A stretch of 64,000 nt of DNA from Anaeramoeba ignava BMAN. Its lineage: Eukaryota; Protista; Anaeramoebae. The notes beneath the pieces are model-generated. The model did no database searches, was not told the DNA's origin, and saw nothing but the letters and a program-made list of their open reading frames with translations. The first letter of the stretch is position 1. Every line of letters starts with the position of its first letter. A program made the position numbers and the translations under genes. Positions 37,818 through 51,100 of this stretch are shown here, in pieces. The DNA lies in the NCBI GenBank assembly GCA_028826165.1, contig JAPDFW010000080.1, forward strand, positions 124,001 through 188,000, given 5' to 3'.

Positions 37818-40037
37818 ATGGGAAATCGAAATTTATCCGCAAATTTAAAAGAATTAAAAACTGCAAGATACAGTAAATTAATACACGCTTCAAAAGAAGC
37901 AGTTATTTGTATCGATGAAAATGGCAAATACATTCTTGCAAACTCTTCTGCTGCTAAAATTGTCAAGGCTAAGTCACCAAAAGCAATCACAAAACTTCCA
38001 CCTTGGTCTTTGGCACCAAAAATTCAAACAAGTACTAATATGGATAACCAACAAATGATTGAATATTATTCTATAAAACTTTCTGAGTAAATTTTTTTCT
38101 TTTCTTTTTTTCTTTTTTCTTTTTTTTTTTCTTTTGTTTTGTTTTGTCAAAATTTTGATCAAGAAAATTTACCAGATAATCTTCTGTTGTTTATAAATTT
38201 TAATTATAAAAATTAAATATAAATTTTAATTTAAAATTATATATAAAATTAATTATAAAATTATTTATAAAATTTAATTTAAAATTATTTATAAAATTAT
38301 TTATTAAATTATTTATAAAATTATTTATAAAATTATATATAAAATTAATTATAAAATTAAATATAAAATTAAATATAAAATTATTTATAAAATTAATTAT
38401 AAAATTTAATTTAAAATTTAATTTAAAATTATTTATAAAATTATTTATTAAATTATTTATAAAATTATTTATAAAATTATATATAAAATTAATTATAAAA
38501 TTAAATATAAAATTATTTATAAAATTATTTATAAAATTATTTATAAAATTAAATATAAAATTATTTATAAAATTATTTATAAAATTATTTATAAAATTAA
38601 ATATAAAATTATTTATAAAATTATTTATTAAATTATTTATAAAATTATTTATAAAATTATTTATAAAATTATTTATAAAATTATTTATAAAATTATTTAT
38701 AAAATTATTTATAAAATTATTTATAAAATTATTTATAAAATTATTTATAAAATTATATATAAAATTATTTATAAAATTATATATAAAATTAATTATAAAA
38801 TTAAATATAAAATTATTTATAAAATTATTTATAAAATTATATATAAAATTATTTATAAAATTATTTATAAAATTATTTATAAAATTATTTATAAAATTAT
38901 TTATAAAATTATTTATAAAATTATTTATAAAATTATTTATAAAATTATTTATAAATTTATTTATTAAATTATTTATTAAATTATTTATTAAATCAATTAT
39001 AAAATTTATTATAAAATTAAATATAAAATTAAATATAAAATTATTTATAAATTTATTTATAAAATTATTTATAAAATTATTTATAAAATTATTTATAAAA
39101 TTAAATATAAAATTATTTATAAAATTAAATATAAAATTAATTATAAAATTATTTATAAAATTAAATATTAAATTAAATATAAAATTTATAATATAAAATT
39201 AGATCACCAAATGGAGTAGTTGATTTTGATTTCCAAATGAAAACACTACCTGGAGAAATAATATGGGTTCACATGTGGGCAACACCACTAATGCTAAACG
39301 GGAAATACGCAACACAATTGATTTTCCGACAAATAGCGGAACCAACAGGAAAATCAATGAAATTATCATCAACAACAGTAAACTTAAACATATCAGATTC
39401 ATCTGAAACATCAGTGAATTCATCACGAAACGATGTATCAGAATTCTATGGAGAAGACACAGAAAAACACAACGAAAATCAATATCAAAACTCAACAGTT
39501 ACAACAGAATCTGAAATAACTCAACATGAATCAAATGAACCAAAAAGTGAGGAAAAAAAAATCAATGTGATTGTAAATACACAAAGACAAAACGACTCAC
39601 AAATCTTTGTTTCTTCAAGACCTTCCAAAAATCAAACCCAAACTTTTACAAGCGATTCAACTGATCTCAATTCAATTATCGAAAAAATCGATTCTCAAAT
39701 TCGTGACTTAACAAGTGAAAAAACAAAATTGATTCAATATCAAAAACTCATGGAGAAATACACAAAACTCAACGATGAAATCCAAGAAAAAAACTCAAAC
39801 TTGTCAAAATTACAGACTGAACTTGATGAAAATCGTCGTACAATTCAATCTTTGAACTCAAAAGTCGAAACAATGGAGACTAAACTTAAAAAATCAAAAC
39901 AAAAAAAACAAGTTTTAGAAACAAAACTTGAAGACTCTCAAAAAGAAGCAAATAAGCAAAAAAATGAGGTTAAAAGACTTACTAATCGTTTGAAAATTGT
40001 GGAAGAAGCGAAACAGAATTTGGAAAAGCTTATTTAA
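37818..40037 (+). CDS. PAS-domain protein with Ser/Thr-rich linker and C-terminal coiled coil (exons 37818-38086, 39203-40037)
   Basis: LIHASKEAVICIDENGKYILANSSAAKI, SLAPKIQ and the spliced SE|SPNGVVDFDFQMKTLPGEIIWVHMWATPL..QLIFRQI form a complete PAS/PAC. The protein starts MG. Confidence 0.85.
38200..39200. repeat. 12-bp minisatellite (TTATTTATAAAA) filling the PAS gene intron
   Basis: Same unit and same sense orientation as the RING and Vps68 introns. Confidence 0.95.
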
Positions 40038-40246
40038 AATAAAATCAAAAAATTTTCCAAAAATATTTTCTTTTTTCTTTTCAATTTAATCAGAAATATT
40101 TTTCTCGTTTAATTGATTTTTTGTTTGATTCATTTGAGTCTTTTTTCTTTCAAAAAAAAATTTTTTCAATCAAAAAATAAAAAACAAAAAAATAATTTTC
40201 ATTTTCATTTTTCATTTTCCATTTTCCATTTTTCAAAATAAATAAA

Positions 40247-41461
40247 ATGGAACAAAATTTTTTAAATAATTTTTTCTCAAATCCTTTTTTATGGGGATTA
40301 GACCCAATATTTAATTGCTATCCAAAATTATTTATTAAACATATTATGAAAAATATTAAGAAATTAGAAGAAGGTTTTTATTTTTTCAAAAAATCAAATT
40401 CAATCAAAGAATATTTGCATCCAATTTGCAAAGTGGAAATTTTTGGATTTGTAATTGAATTCATTCCACAACAAAGTTTTGATGAATGTATTCTTGATGA
40501 TGGAACAGGAACAATTAAGTGCATTTTAAATCATGGAAAAAATCAAGAAAATTCAACTAACTATTTATTATTGCATCAACTTTTAGTTGTTCGAGGAACT
40601 TTAAAATTTTACAAAGAAATTGAATTGAAAATTGAAGAGCATAACATAATTTCGGATCCAAATGCTCAATCTCTCTTCATTTTGGAAAGAATTGATTATT
40701 ACAATCAAGTTATTTCAAAACCTTTTCAAATTGATGACAATTTAAAACTTCAAATTGAAGAAAATTTGCCCTTGTTTTATCCTGATTCGCACAACAAAAT
40801 TCAATCTATCCTCACAAATATCAATGCAATAAAAATCAAAGACCAATTATTTTTCCATCAATTCCAAAATATCGAATCTTTTCTCAATAAATTTACAATG
40901 TTTATCATCAAAACTTTTTTTGATAACATTTCTTTTACTTTGGATTCTCTTTTCCAAAATCAGCATTTGGTTGATGTTCTGCTTATTTTATCCGAAAGAA
41001 ATTTCCAATCAACTCAAATCGACACAATTTTTGAACAAAATTCTACAAATCAATCTAATTTAAATGAAGATTTTGGAAAACAAGAAAATTCAATAATAAA
41101 AAATATTTCAATTCAATCAAATCAAAAAAAAATTGTTTGTAATTTAAAAATTGTGGATTGCAACGAGAGAATATGGAATTTAATGGAAGGAATCTTGGAT
41201 TATTTGATTCAAATTAATTTTATCAGAGAAAATTCAGAATCAAAATTTTATTATGTAATGATTCCACTTAAAAATCAAGTATTATCAATTTTTATTCAAT
41301 CAAAAAGGTTCCCTCTTTCATTCCAACAAATCTCTTCACAAATCAAACAAAATAAACAATTCTCATTTGTTTCCCAATTTCAAATTAAAAAGGCATTAAA
41401 AAATCTTGAGAAAAATTCATTTATTTATCAATCAAAATTTGATAATTATTTTATTATGTAA
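40247..41461 (+). CDS. STN1: CST complex subunit STN1 (OB fold + winged helices)
   Basis: FLWGLDPIF..YPKLFIKHI, HPICKVEIFGFV, ILDDGTGTIKC, VRGTLKFY, ISDPNAQ, and a C-terminal wH (IKKALKNLEKNSFIYQ). Confidence 0.88.
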   Translation: MEQNFLNNFFSNPFLWGLDPIFNCYPKLFIKHIMKNIKKLEEGFYFFKKSNSIKEYLHPICKVEIFGFVIEFIPQQSFDECILDDGTGTIKCILNHGKNQENSTNYLLLHQLLVVRGTLKFYKEIELKIEEHNIISDPNAQSLFILERIDYYNQVISKPFQIDDNLKLQIEENLPLFYPDSHNKIQSILTNINAIKIKDQLFFHQFQNIESFLNKFTMFIIKTFFDNISFTLDSLFQNQHLVDVLLILSERNFQSTQIDTIFEQNSTNQSNLNEDFGKQENSIIKNISIQSNQKKIVCNLKIVDCNERIWNLMEGILDYLIQINFIRENSESKFYYVMIPLKNQVLSIFIQSKRFPLSFQQISSQIKQNKQFSFVSQFQIKKALKNLEKNSFIYQSKFDNYFIM

Positions 41462-41479
41462 AAAATGAAAATAATAAAC

Positions 41480-43740
41480 TTATTTTTTGGAAAGAACTAA
41501 AAAAGTAACTGCAATTGAAAATAAAAAAAAAGTGCCAAAAAATATCAAAAAATTTCTTTTTCCGTGGATTTCTTTGAAATAGAAAATACTCCAAAGAGAT
41601 GAAACAACAATAGGTCCAATACAAACAATAGGATATCCAACAGAAAATCCCAAAGTTCTTGTTGAAATAAACCAGGCAACAGAAGCAGTTCCCCAAATAA
41701 GTCCTGATATAAAGCTTGGGAACAAAACATCCATTGAAAATAGAGGTTTAACAAATATAGAATAAGTCACTACGCCTACTAAACTTGCAATAAATATTCC
41801 TGTGAAATGAGAAAGAACAAAATCAAATTGTCCTGAATTCGGATTATTTCTTGACCAAATCATCATCGGAATTAGATTAACTCCTGTAAATATTCCGATT
41901 ATAACTACACTCATTACTCCAATGAAATGTCTTGATTTTGTTCCCATTTTTCGGATTTTTTTCAGTAATTTTGGATCGTTTCTTTCTTTTAAATAATTAA
42001 CAAATTTATTTTCAAAATCAAAATCAAAATCAAAATTAAAATCTGTTTCTTGATAGTTTTGTTTTAATTTGATTTTTTCTTCTTTTTCTTCTTTTTCTTC
42101 TTTTTCTGTATATATGTCTTGCCATTCTGTTTCTGTTTCTTGATTTTTATTATGATTTTGATTTTGATTTTGATTTTTATTTTGATTTTGATTTTGATTT
42201 TGATTTTGATTTAAATTATGATTTTGATTTTGATTTTTATTTTGATTTTCTTCAAAATTGATTTCTTCCCATTGAATTTCTTTTTCCATTGATTTCCTTT
42301 TCTTTGTTTTATCAAGACTTGGCTTAATGAAATAAAATAGAATTAAAGCAAATAGAGCTAATAAAACACCTAAAATACTATAAGCTTCTGATTTAACTTT
42401 TTCTTTTGTTGCTCCAAATAACCCTAATCTTCCAACAAGATAACTTTTATTTTTAAATTGAATTTTTAAATTGAATTTGAATTGAATTTAAATTTAAATT
42501 AAATTGAATTTTTGAATTGAATTGAATTTTTAAATTGAATTGAATTTAATTTAAATTGAATTGAATTTTTGAATTGAATTGAATTGAATTTTTGAATTGA
42601 ATTTAATTGAATTGAATTGAATTTAAATTGAATTGAATTGAATTGAATTGAATTGAATTGAATTGAATTGAATTTAAATTGAATTGAATTGAATTTAAAT
42701 TGAATTGAATTGAATTTTTAAATTGAATTGAATTTTTAAATTGAATTGAATTGAATTGAATTTTTAAATTGAATTGAATTTAAATTGAATTGAATTGAAT
42801 TGAATTAAATTGAATTGAATTGAATTAAATTGAATTGAATTGAATTGAATTTAAATTGAATTGAATTGAATTTGAATTGAATTGAATTGAATTAAATTGA
42901 ATTTTTAAATTGAATTGAATTGAATTGAATTTAAATTGATTTGAATTGAAATGAATTTGAATTAAATTGAATTTAAATTGAATTAAATTGAATTAAATTG
43001 AATTGAATTGAATTGAATTTAAATTGAATTGAATTGAATTGAATTAAATTGAATTGATTTGAATTTAATTGAATTTGAATTGAATTGAATTGAATTAAAT
43101 TGAATTGAAATTGAAATTGAATTGAATTGAATTAAATTGAAATTGAATTGAATTGAATTGAATTGAATTAAATTGAATTGATTTGAATTTAATTGAATTT
43201 AATTGAATTGAATTGAATTGAATTTGAATTGAATTGAATTAAATTGAATTAAATTGAATTTGAATTGAATTGAATTAAATTGAATTAAATTGAATTGAAT
43301 TGAATTAAATTGAATTGAATTAAATTGAATTAAATTGAATTTAAATTGAATTTGAATTGAATTGAATTGAATTGAATTGAATTTAAATTGAATTTAAATT
43401 GAATTTAAATTTTTAAATTTCGAAAATACCCAACAATTAAATTTGTTCCTGAAGAAAATAAAAAACCAACACCCAATCCAACAAATTCTAAACCAATAGA
43501 AACAAACATATTCGCAAATCCAATGAAAATCCCACCAATAATACCAGATTTCACAAAAATTGGATGTTCAGGAATAAATACAGTTAAAAGACCAATTAAA
43601 AAAATTCCATTTGATAAAATAAATTGAAAAATCATTCCATCTCCAAGTTTGTTTTGAACTTTATTAACAGGAGCAAGATAAGAACCAAAAAATATTGCTG
43701 CTATAAATGAGGCCAGATACCCTAAAGAAGCTGAAGTCAT
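41480..43740 (-). CDS. TMEM144: TMEM144-family (DMT superfamily) transporter; exons 43740-43430, 42443-41480
   Basis: FFGSYLAPV..GDGMIFQF, VGLGVG..LIVG|YLVGRLGLFG, FVLSHFTGIF, PSFISGLIWG, GYPI..GP..VSSLW..FYFKEI. Confidence 0.88.
42450..43410. repeat. (GAATT)n pentamer satellite filling the TMEM144 intron
   Basis: Direct repeat. Confidence 0.92.
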
Positions 43741-44017
43741 TTCAATAAAAATTGAAAAATAAAAATTAGAAATATTTTTTTTCATTTTTTTTTCAAGTTT
43801 TGAAATGAAAAAAAAAATTTTTTTTTAAAAGAAGAAGAAGAAAAAGAAAAAGAAAAAATGTCATTTTAGATTCAATTAAAATCACAATTAAAATTAAAAT
43901 TAAAATTGAAATTAAAATTAAAATTAAAATTAAAAGTAAAATTAAAATTAAAATTGATTTTTATTTTTAATTTTGGTTTTAAAAAAGATTCTAAAATGAA
44001 AAAGAAATTTTTTTGTT

Positions 44018-45828
44018 TTAAAGAAGATCTTCATTTTCTTTTAAAAATTCAATTAATTTTGTTAAAGCTTTTGAACGATGAGAAATAGAATTTTTAACTT
44101 CACTTGGTAATTCAGCATAAGTTTTATCAAAACCATCAGGTTGAAAAATAGGATCCTAAAAAGAAAAAAAAATATTTATATTATTTTGAATTATTTTGGA
44201 TTATTTTGAATTATTTTAAATTATTTTGGATTTATTTTGAATTATTTTGATTTATTTTGAATTATTTTGAATTATTTTGAATTATTTTGAATTATTTTGA
44301 ATTTATTTTGAATTATTTTGAATTATTTTGGATTATTTTGGATTATTTTGGAATTATTTAGAATTATTTGGATTTATTTTGGAATTATTTTGAATTATTT
44401 TGTATTATTTTGAATTTATTTTGAATTATTTTGAATTTATTTTGGATTATTTTGGATTTATTTTGAATTATTTTGAATTATTTTGGATTATTTTGGATTA
44501 TTTTGGATTATTTTGAATTTATTTTGGATTTATTTTGAATTATTTTGAATTTATTTTGAATTTATTTTGGATTATTTTGTATTATTTTGAATTTATTTTG
44601 GATTATTTTGAATTTATTTTGGATTTATTTTGAATTTATTTTGAATTTATTTACCCATCCAAAATTATTTGGACCTCTTGCTGGTACAATTTTTCCATTG
44701 GTTTTTCCAATAAATAATTTTGGTTCATAATCCTTTCCTTGACAAAATCCAAAAATACATTGTGCATATGCACTTTTATCTTCATAAGCTGCTAATAAAT
44801 TATTTAATCCTTGATGTCCAATTGATGTTAAAAACCATTTTCTACAAATAAAATTATTTATTGATTATTTATTGATTAATTATTGATTAATTATTATTGA
44901 TTAATTATTGATTAATTATTTATTAATTATTGAATAATTATTGATTAATTATTGATTAGTTATTGATTATTTATTGATTATTTATTGATTAATTATTGAT
45001 TAGTTATTGATTATTTATTGATTATTTATTGATTAATTATTGATTAGTTATTGATTATTTATTGATTAATTATTGATTAATTATTGATTAATTATTTATT
45101 AATTATTGAATAATTATTGATTAATTATTGATTAGTTATTGATTATTTATTGATTATTTATTGATTAATTATTGATTAGTTATTGATTATTTATTGATTA
45201 ATTATTGATTAATTATTGATTAATTATTGATTAATTATTGATTATTATTGAATAATTATTGATTAGTTATTGATTATTTATTGATTAATTATTGATTAAT
45301 TATTAATTATTGGATTTTGGATTGTTGAATTATAATTTTTGGATTTATTGATTTTTAAATACATATAAGGACCAGGAAGACCATTTAAAGCATTATAACA
45401 AAGAGAAGTATCTTCACAAATAACAGGAGAAGTAGCTTTTTCAGCAGCTAAAGAACATTTTTCTTTTGCGATATCTACAGGATCACCTTGAAATTCAGGA
45501 AGATCAAGATCAAGAACTTCAGCTTCAATTGGAACATTTTGCATTTCCAAAATCTTATTAACTTCTTTTGCTTTGTTTTTATTACCTTTTATTTTAATTT
45601 TAATTATAATTTTAATTTTTTAATTTTAATTTTAATTTAAATTTTAATTTTAATTTAAATTTTGATTTTAATTTTAATTTTAATTTTAATTATAATTTTA
45701 ATTTTGATTTTAAATTTTAATTTTAATTTTAATTTTAATTTTAATTTTATAAATGAATTTTAATTTTAATTTTAATTTTTTAATTGTTTCAAACCTGTTA
45801 CAAAAAGAATTTTTTTCTTTTGATTCAT
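44018..45828 (-). CDS. ITPA: Inosine triphosphate pyrophosphatase (ITPA/Ham1), 4 exons
   Basis: FVTG|[32 protein letters not shown]|KWF, FGW|[23 protein letters not shown]. Confidence 0.95.
44180..45305. repeat. Two different intronic arrays in ITPA: 10-11 bp (TTATTTTG[A/G]A) at ~44180-44650 and 11-bp (ATTATTGATTA) at ~44860-45305
   Basis: Direct repeats separated by an ITPA exon. Confidence 0.88.
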
Positions 45829-45908
45829 TTAAATTAGAAAAAAAAAATGAAAAAAAAATTTAAAAAAATTTTTCATTTTTTTTTTTTAATTTTTTTTTTA
45901 ATTAATAA
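45829..45908. promoter_or_regulatory. Minimal 80-bp bidirectional promoter (ITPA / CDC50) with one initiator-like TCATTT per strand
   Basis: AAATGAAAA at ~45846 (TCATTT on - strand) and TTTCATTTT at ~45872 (+ strand). Everything else is A/T runs. Confidence 0.65.
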
Positions 45909-47931
45909 ATGGAACATCCAAACAAACCTAAAAATAGCGCATTTAAACAACAAAGACTAAAGGCTTGGCAACCAATTTTAACACCACGTCCAGTAATAAC
46001 CACATTTTTTATAGTAGGAGCAGTATTTGTTATAATTGGAGTTGCACTTACTGTTTCAACAAACAAAGTCAAAGAATCAAAAATTGAATATACAGATTGC
46101 CCCCTAAACTCAACTTGCACAAAATCCATCGGTAATTTAGGGATTTTAATTTTAATTTTGATTTTAATTTTATAAATGAATTTTAATTTTAATTTTAATT
46201 TTAATTTTAATTATAATTTTAATTTTAATTTTAATTTTAATTATAATTTTAATTTTAATTTTATTTTTAAATTTTAATTATAATTTTAATTTTAATTTTA
46301 ATTTTAATTTTAATTTTAATTTTAATTTTAATTTTAATTTTAATTTTAATTTTAATTTTAATTTTAATTTTAATTTTAATTTTAATTTTAATTTTAAATT
46401 TAAATTTTAATTTTAATTTTAATTTTAATTTTGATTTTAATTTTAATTTTAATTTTGATTTTAATTTTAATTTTAATTTTAATTTTAATTTTAATTTTAA
46501 TTTTAAATTTAAATTTAATTTTGATTTTAATTTTGATTTTAATTTTATAAATGAATTTTAATTTTAATTTTAATTTTAATTTTAATTTTAATTTTAATTT
46601 TAATTTTAATTTTAATTTTAATTTTAATTTTAATTTTATAAATGAATTTTAATTTTAATTTTGATTTTATTAGAAATTTCTGACAAACTTTCAAGTCCAG
46701 TTTATATGTATTATCAACTCACAAACTATCATCAAAATCATAGAAGATATGTTAAATCTCGTTCTGATAAGCAATTAAGAGGTGAAAAGGTCTCTTTTAA
46801 AGATTTGGAGATTTGCAAACCTCGTCGTTCTTTAGATGATTCTAGTTCTCCTGATAAAATTTATATTCCTTGTGGTTTGATTGCTTATTCAAAATTTACT
46901 GGTAATTAAAATTTAATTTAAAATTTACAATTTACAATTTACCATTTATAACTTTTGATTTATAACAAAAATAAATATTACTTTTTATTAGATATATTTG
47001 AATTAGGTGATGGAGCATCAAATTTTACTTTATCTAAAGGTGATATTGCATGGAATTCAGATGTTACGAAAAAATTTCAAGTAAATTTAAATTTTAAATT
47101 AAATTCAAATTTTAAACTAAATTCAAATTTTAAATTAAATTCAAATTTTAAATTAAATTCAAATTTTAAATTAAATTCAAATTTTAAATTAAATTCAAAT
47201 TTTAAATTAAATTCAAATTTTAAATTAAATTCAAATTTTAAATTAAATTCAAATTTTAAATTAAATACAAATTTTAAACTAAATTCAAATTTTAAATTAA
47301 ATTCAAATTTTAAATTAAATTCAAATTTTAAATTAAATACAAATTTTAAATTAAATTCAAATTTTAAATTAAATTCAAATTTTAAACTTGAAAAAGAATC
47401 CTAATCCATTTCCTGTAGGAATTGAAATCCAAAGAAATTTCGAAGATCCTGATTTTGTAAATTGGATGAGAGTGGCTGCTCTTCCAACTTTCAGAAAACT
47501 TTATGCAAAAATTGATCAAGATATTGAAAAAGGAACATATAATTTATATATTAATAACAGTAAATATTCTTAAACATGAAATGAAATGAAATGAAATTTA
47601 AAAATATTCTTAAACATGAAATTAAATGAAACTAAATTTAAAAATATTCTTAAACATGAAATGAAATGAAATGAAATTTAATTAAATTTAACTTTTATTC
47701 CCTTTTTTTTTGTTTTTTTTTGAAATAGCATATGAAGTTAGTTCTTTTGATGGAACAAAAACAATTATTTTAACAACTACTTCATGGGCTGGTGGTAAAA
47801 ATATATTTCTTGGATCTGCTTATCTTGCTTTGGGATCATTTATAATTGGAATTGGAATATTTTGTTTAATTACTCATTTAGTTGCTCCAAGAAAACTTGC
47901 AGATACAACTTATCTTCCTTGGAAATCTTAA
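45909..47931 (+). CDS. CDC50: CDC50/LEM3 P4-ATPase flippase beta subunit, 5 exons
   Basis: KPKNSAFKQQRLKAWQPILTP, PVYMYYQLTNYHQNHRRYVKSRSDKQL, PCGLIA, IAWNSD, FVNWMRVAALPTFRKLY, TTSWAGGKNIFLG. Confidence 0.96.
47085..47385. repeat. 18-bp tandem repeat (AATTTTAAATTAAATTCA) filling CDC50 intron 3
   Basis: Direct repeat that gives the spurious NFKLNS read-through. Confidence 0.9.
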
Positions 47932-48166
47932 AAGGAAAAACTTTTATTTTTTTTTCTTAATTTTTTTTTTCTTAATCCTTTTTTCTTTTCAATTTGAAAT
48001 TTTTTTTTTTTGATTATTTTTCATTCAAATTTTTAATTTTAAAAAGTCTTTCTCTTTCTTTTTCTTTCTTTCCTTTTTTAATTGAAATAAAAAATTAACA
48101 AAAAAAAAAGAAAGAATTTTGTTTTTGTTTTTGTTTTTGTTGTTTCGTAAATGATAAAAAAAAAAT

Positions 48167-51100
48167 TTAATTCATAATTTGAGTTTTTGATTTTGAAAGA
48201 GTTTTTGGTTTTTCTTTTTTTGAATCTTTTTTTGAGTCTTTTTTTGAATCTTTTTCTGAAGGATTTGGTGTTACTATAGGATCCATTGTAAGATTTTTTT
48301 TAACAAGACGTTTATATTTTGTTTTAGTTTTTTGTTGAGATTTTGTTCTTGCAATTGGAGTTTTTGTGTTTTTTGATTGTAATTTTGATTGAGATTTTGA
48401 TTGTAATTTTGATTGAGATTTTGATTCTTGTTTTTTTTGAGGAGATTCTGTTGTTAAATCAACAGAAGAATCCTGTTTATTTTCATTTGATTTTTCATTT
48501 AATTTTTCATTTGATTTTTCATTTGATTTTTCTTTTTGTTTTGGATCAATAACTTCTTCTTTTTCTTTGATTTTTGGAGAGTAAATTTTTGCTGCATGTG
48601 CATGAATTTTCTTTTTTGATTTTTCGTTTGTTTTTTGTCGTGTTACTGTTGCTTCAACGATTGAATAAGGTTTTTTTTTATCACTATTTTTAGTTTGATC
48701 TTTTAAATCACTTGATTTATTAATTTCTTTTCCTTTTCCTTTTTTTTGGAGAATTCGAATTTCATATTTGCAATTTTTTTTAACAAAATCTTCAAATTTC
48801 ATAAATCCTCCACCAACACGAACAACAACAAAACCTAATGAAATTATTTTTTTTGAATGAATTTTTTTTTTAAATGGAATTATTTTTAACATGAATTATT
48901 TTTTAAATGAATTATTTTTTTTGAATGAATTATTTTTTTTGAATGGAATTATTTTTTTTTGAATAGAATTATTTTTGAATAGAATTATTTTTGAATGAAT
49001 TATTTTTTTTGAATAGAATTATTTTTGAATAGAATTATTTTTTTGAATAGAATTATTTTTTTTTGAATAGAATTATTTTAGAATGAATTATTTTTTTTGA
49101 ATAGAATTATTTTTTTTTGAATGAATTATTTTTTTTGAATAGAATTATTTTTTTAAATGGAATTATTTTTAAATGAATTATTTTTTTTGAATAGAATTAT
49201 TTTTTTTTAAATGAATTATTTTTTTTGAAATGTATTATTTTTGAATGAATTATTTTTTTAAATGAATAGAATTATTTTTGAATGGAATTATTTTTTTTGA
49301 ATGAATTATTTTTTTTTAAATGAATTATTTTTTTTAAATGAATTATTTTTTTAAATGAATTATTTTTTAAATGAATTATTTTTGAATGAATTATTTTTGA
49401 ATGAATTATTTTTTAAATGAATTATTTTTTTAAATGAAATGTTTGAATTCCTTTTTTTTTCAATTAAGTTTACCTTCAAGTATTCGAAGTGAAATTTTTC
49501 TTGTTCCGAAAATATAAAGTGAATCTAATTTATCTGGATTAAATTTTAATTCTTTTACATTAAAGGGAACATTATATTTTTTCAAAACATTTTTAACTTT
49601 TAATGCAATAACTTTGGATATATTCTTTGAAATCAAAGAAGGGTCTTTTTCAGGAATAAAAATTGCTATTTTTTTTTGAAATTTGAAATTTGAATTTAAA
49701 ATTTGATTTGAATTTAAAAATTTGATTTGAAATCTGAAATTTGATTTAAAATACATTTTGGATCACTTAATTCACCATAACCATTTGCATTATGAGCATG
49801 AACAGCTAAAGAATAAGATTTTCCACTTTCAAATTGTTCCAAAGAAATAAAATGCTCGAGAGTCTCAATAGATTTTGAATTATCAACAAGAACCTCATAT
49901 TTATCAATAGGCAATCCATTATCAAAAGGAGGATCCCATTTTGCAATTAATTGTTGTAATTTAAGAAACTTGATTTTATCAGGAACACCAGTTTCAAGAT
50001 GAAAATCCAACAAGTCACACCAATCTCCAACAACAAGCTCATTGATGCATCTGACACGAGCAGAATAAAACAGGCGGGGATTGAGATCACTGAATTTAAA
50101 CTCGGTATTTTCTGTCGAAATAATTTTCGGTTGGACGTTTGTTGATTGCTCCTTCTCATTCATTTCAATTTCATAAGAAATAATTTTAAGTCTTCTTTTT
50201 GAAGGAGGAAACCAACTCAAAATGATCTCCTGATTTTTCTGTGTGGTTTTGAGATTTCTGACTAGTCCTGGATAACCATTTAATGTTTTATTTTCCTGTA
50301 AGTTACTCCAATTCCCAAATCCCACAGAATTATGAGCTCTTATTTTGAGCGAGTATTTCTTATTCATTTGAAGTTTCTCAAAATTGTATTTAAGTTCGCT
50401 TGTTGATAACGGTTCTTTTTCACCAGAAAATTCGATTTGATAAAAATCGATTGGTGATCCGTTATCATTTGGAGCTTCCCATTTGAAATCCAAATTTTGA
50501 TATCCTTGAGTGCAGGAAATTGACTTGATAACTCCTGGAATTCCAAGAAATGTTGAGTATGTTTTTGGTTCACTCCAATCGGCAAATCCCTTTTGATTTT
50601 TGGCACGAATTCTGATCTCGTAGTTTTTCCCTGACTCAAGTCCATCAATAACAGCTTCAATTTGGCTGCCTTTTTCACCACTGATTTCCTTTACTATTTT
50701 CCCATTTACTTCAATGTGATATCCTTCTATTTCTGCACCACAATCACTCGGCTGTTCCCATGATAATTTCAAATGGTTTATTCCTTCATCTGTGCAATTT
50801 ATGTTTTGTATTTTTTCAGGGACTTTTGTGAGTGTTTTAAATTCAACAGGATCGCTCCATTCACCAGCTCCATTTTGGTTGTTTGCGCGAATAGATACCT
50901 TGTATGATTTACCAGGCGAGAGGGAATCAAGTGTTATTTGAGGAACAAAGGATGTGAATATTTGATTTTGATTTTGATTTTCAATTAAATTTTCATTTGA
51001 ATTTAATTTCCCCATTTCTTCCATCTTGATCTCATAAAATTTTATTGTTTCTCCTTGATTTTGTGGTTCTTTCCATTGCAAATCAACAGAATTTTCATGT

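Noticed and set aside
46955-47404. CDC50 with an in-frame (NFKLNS)n insertion
   Set aside because: The segment is bounded by GT..AG, its length is not a multiple of 3 and the read-through frame stops at 47404, so it is an intron.
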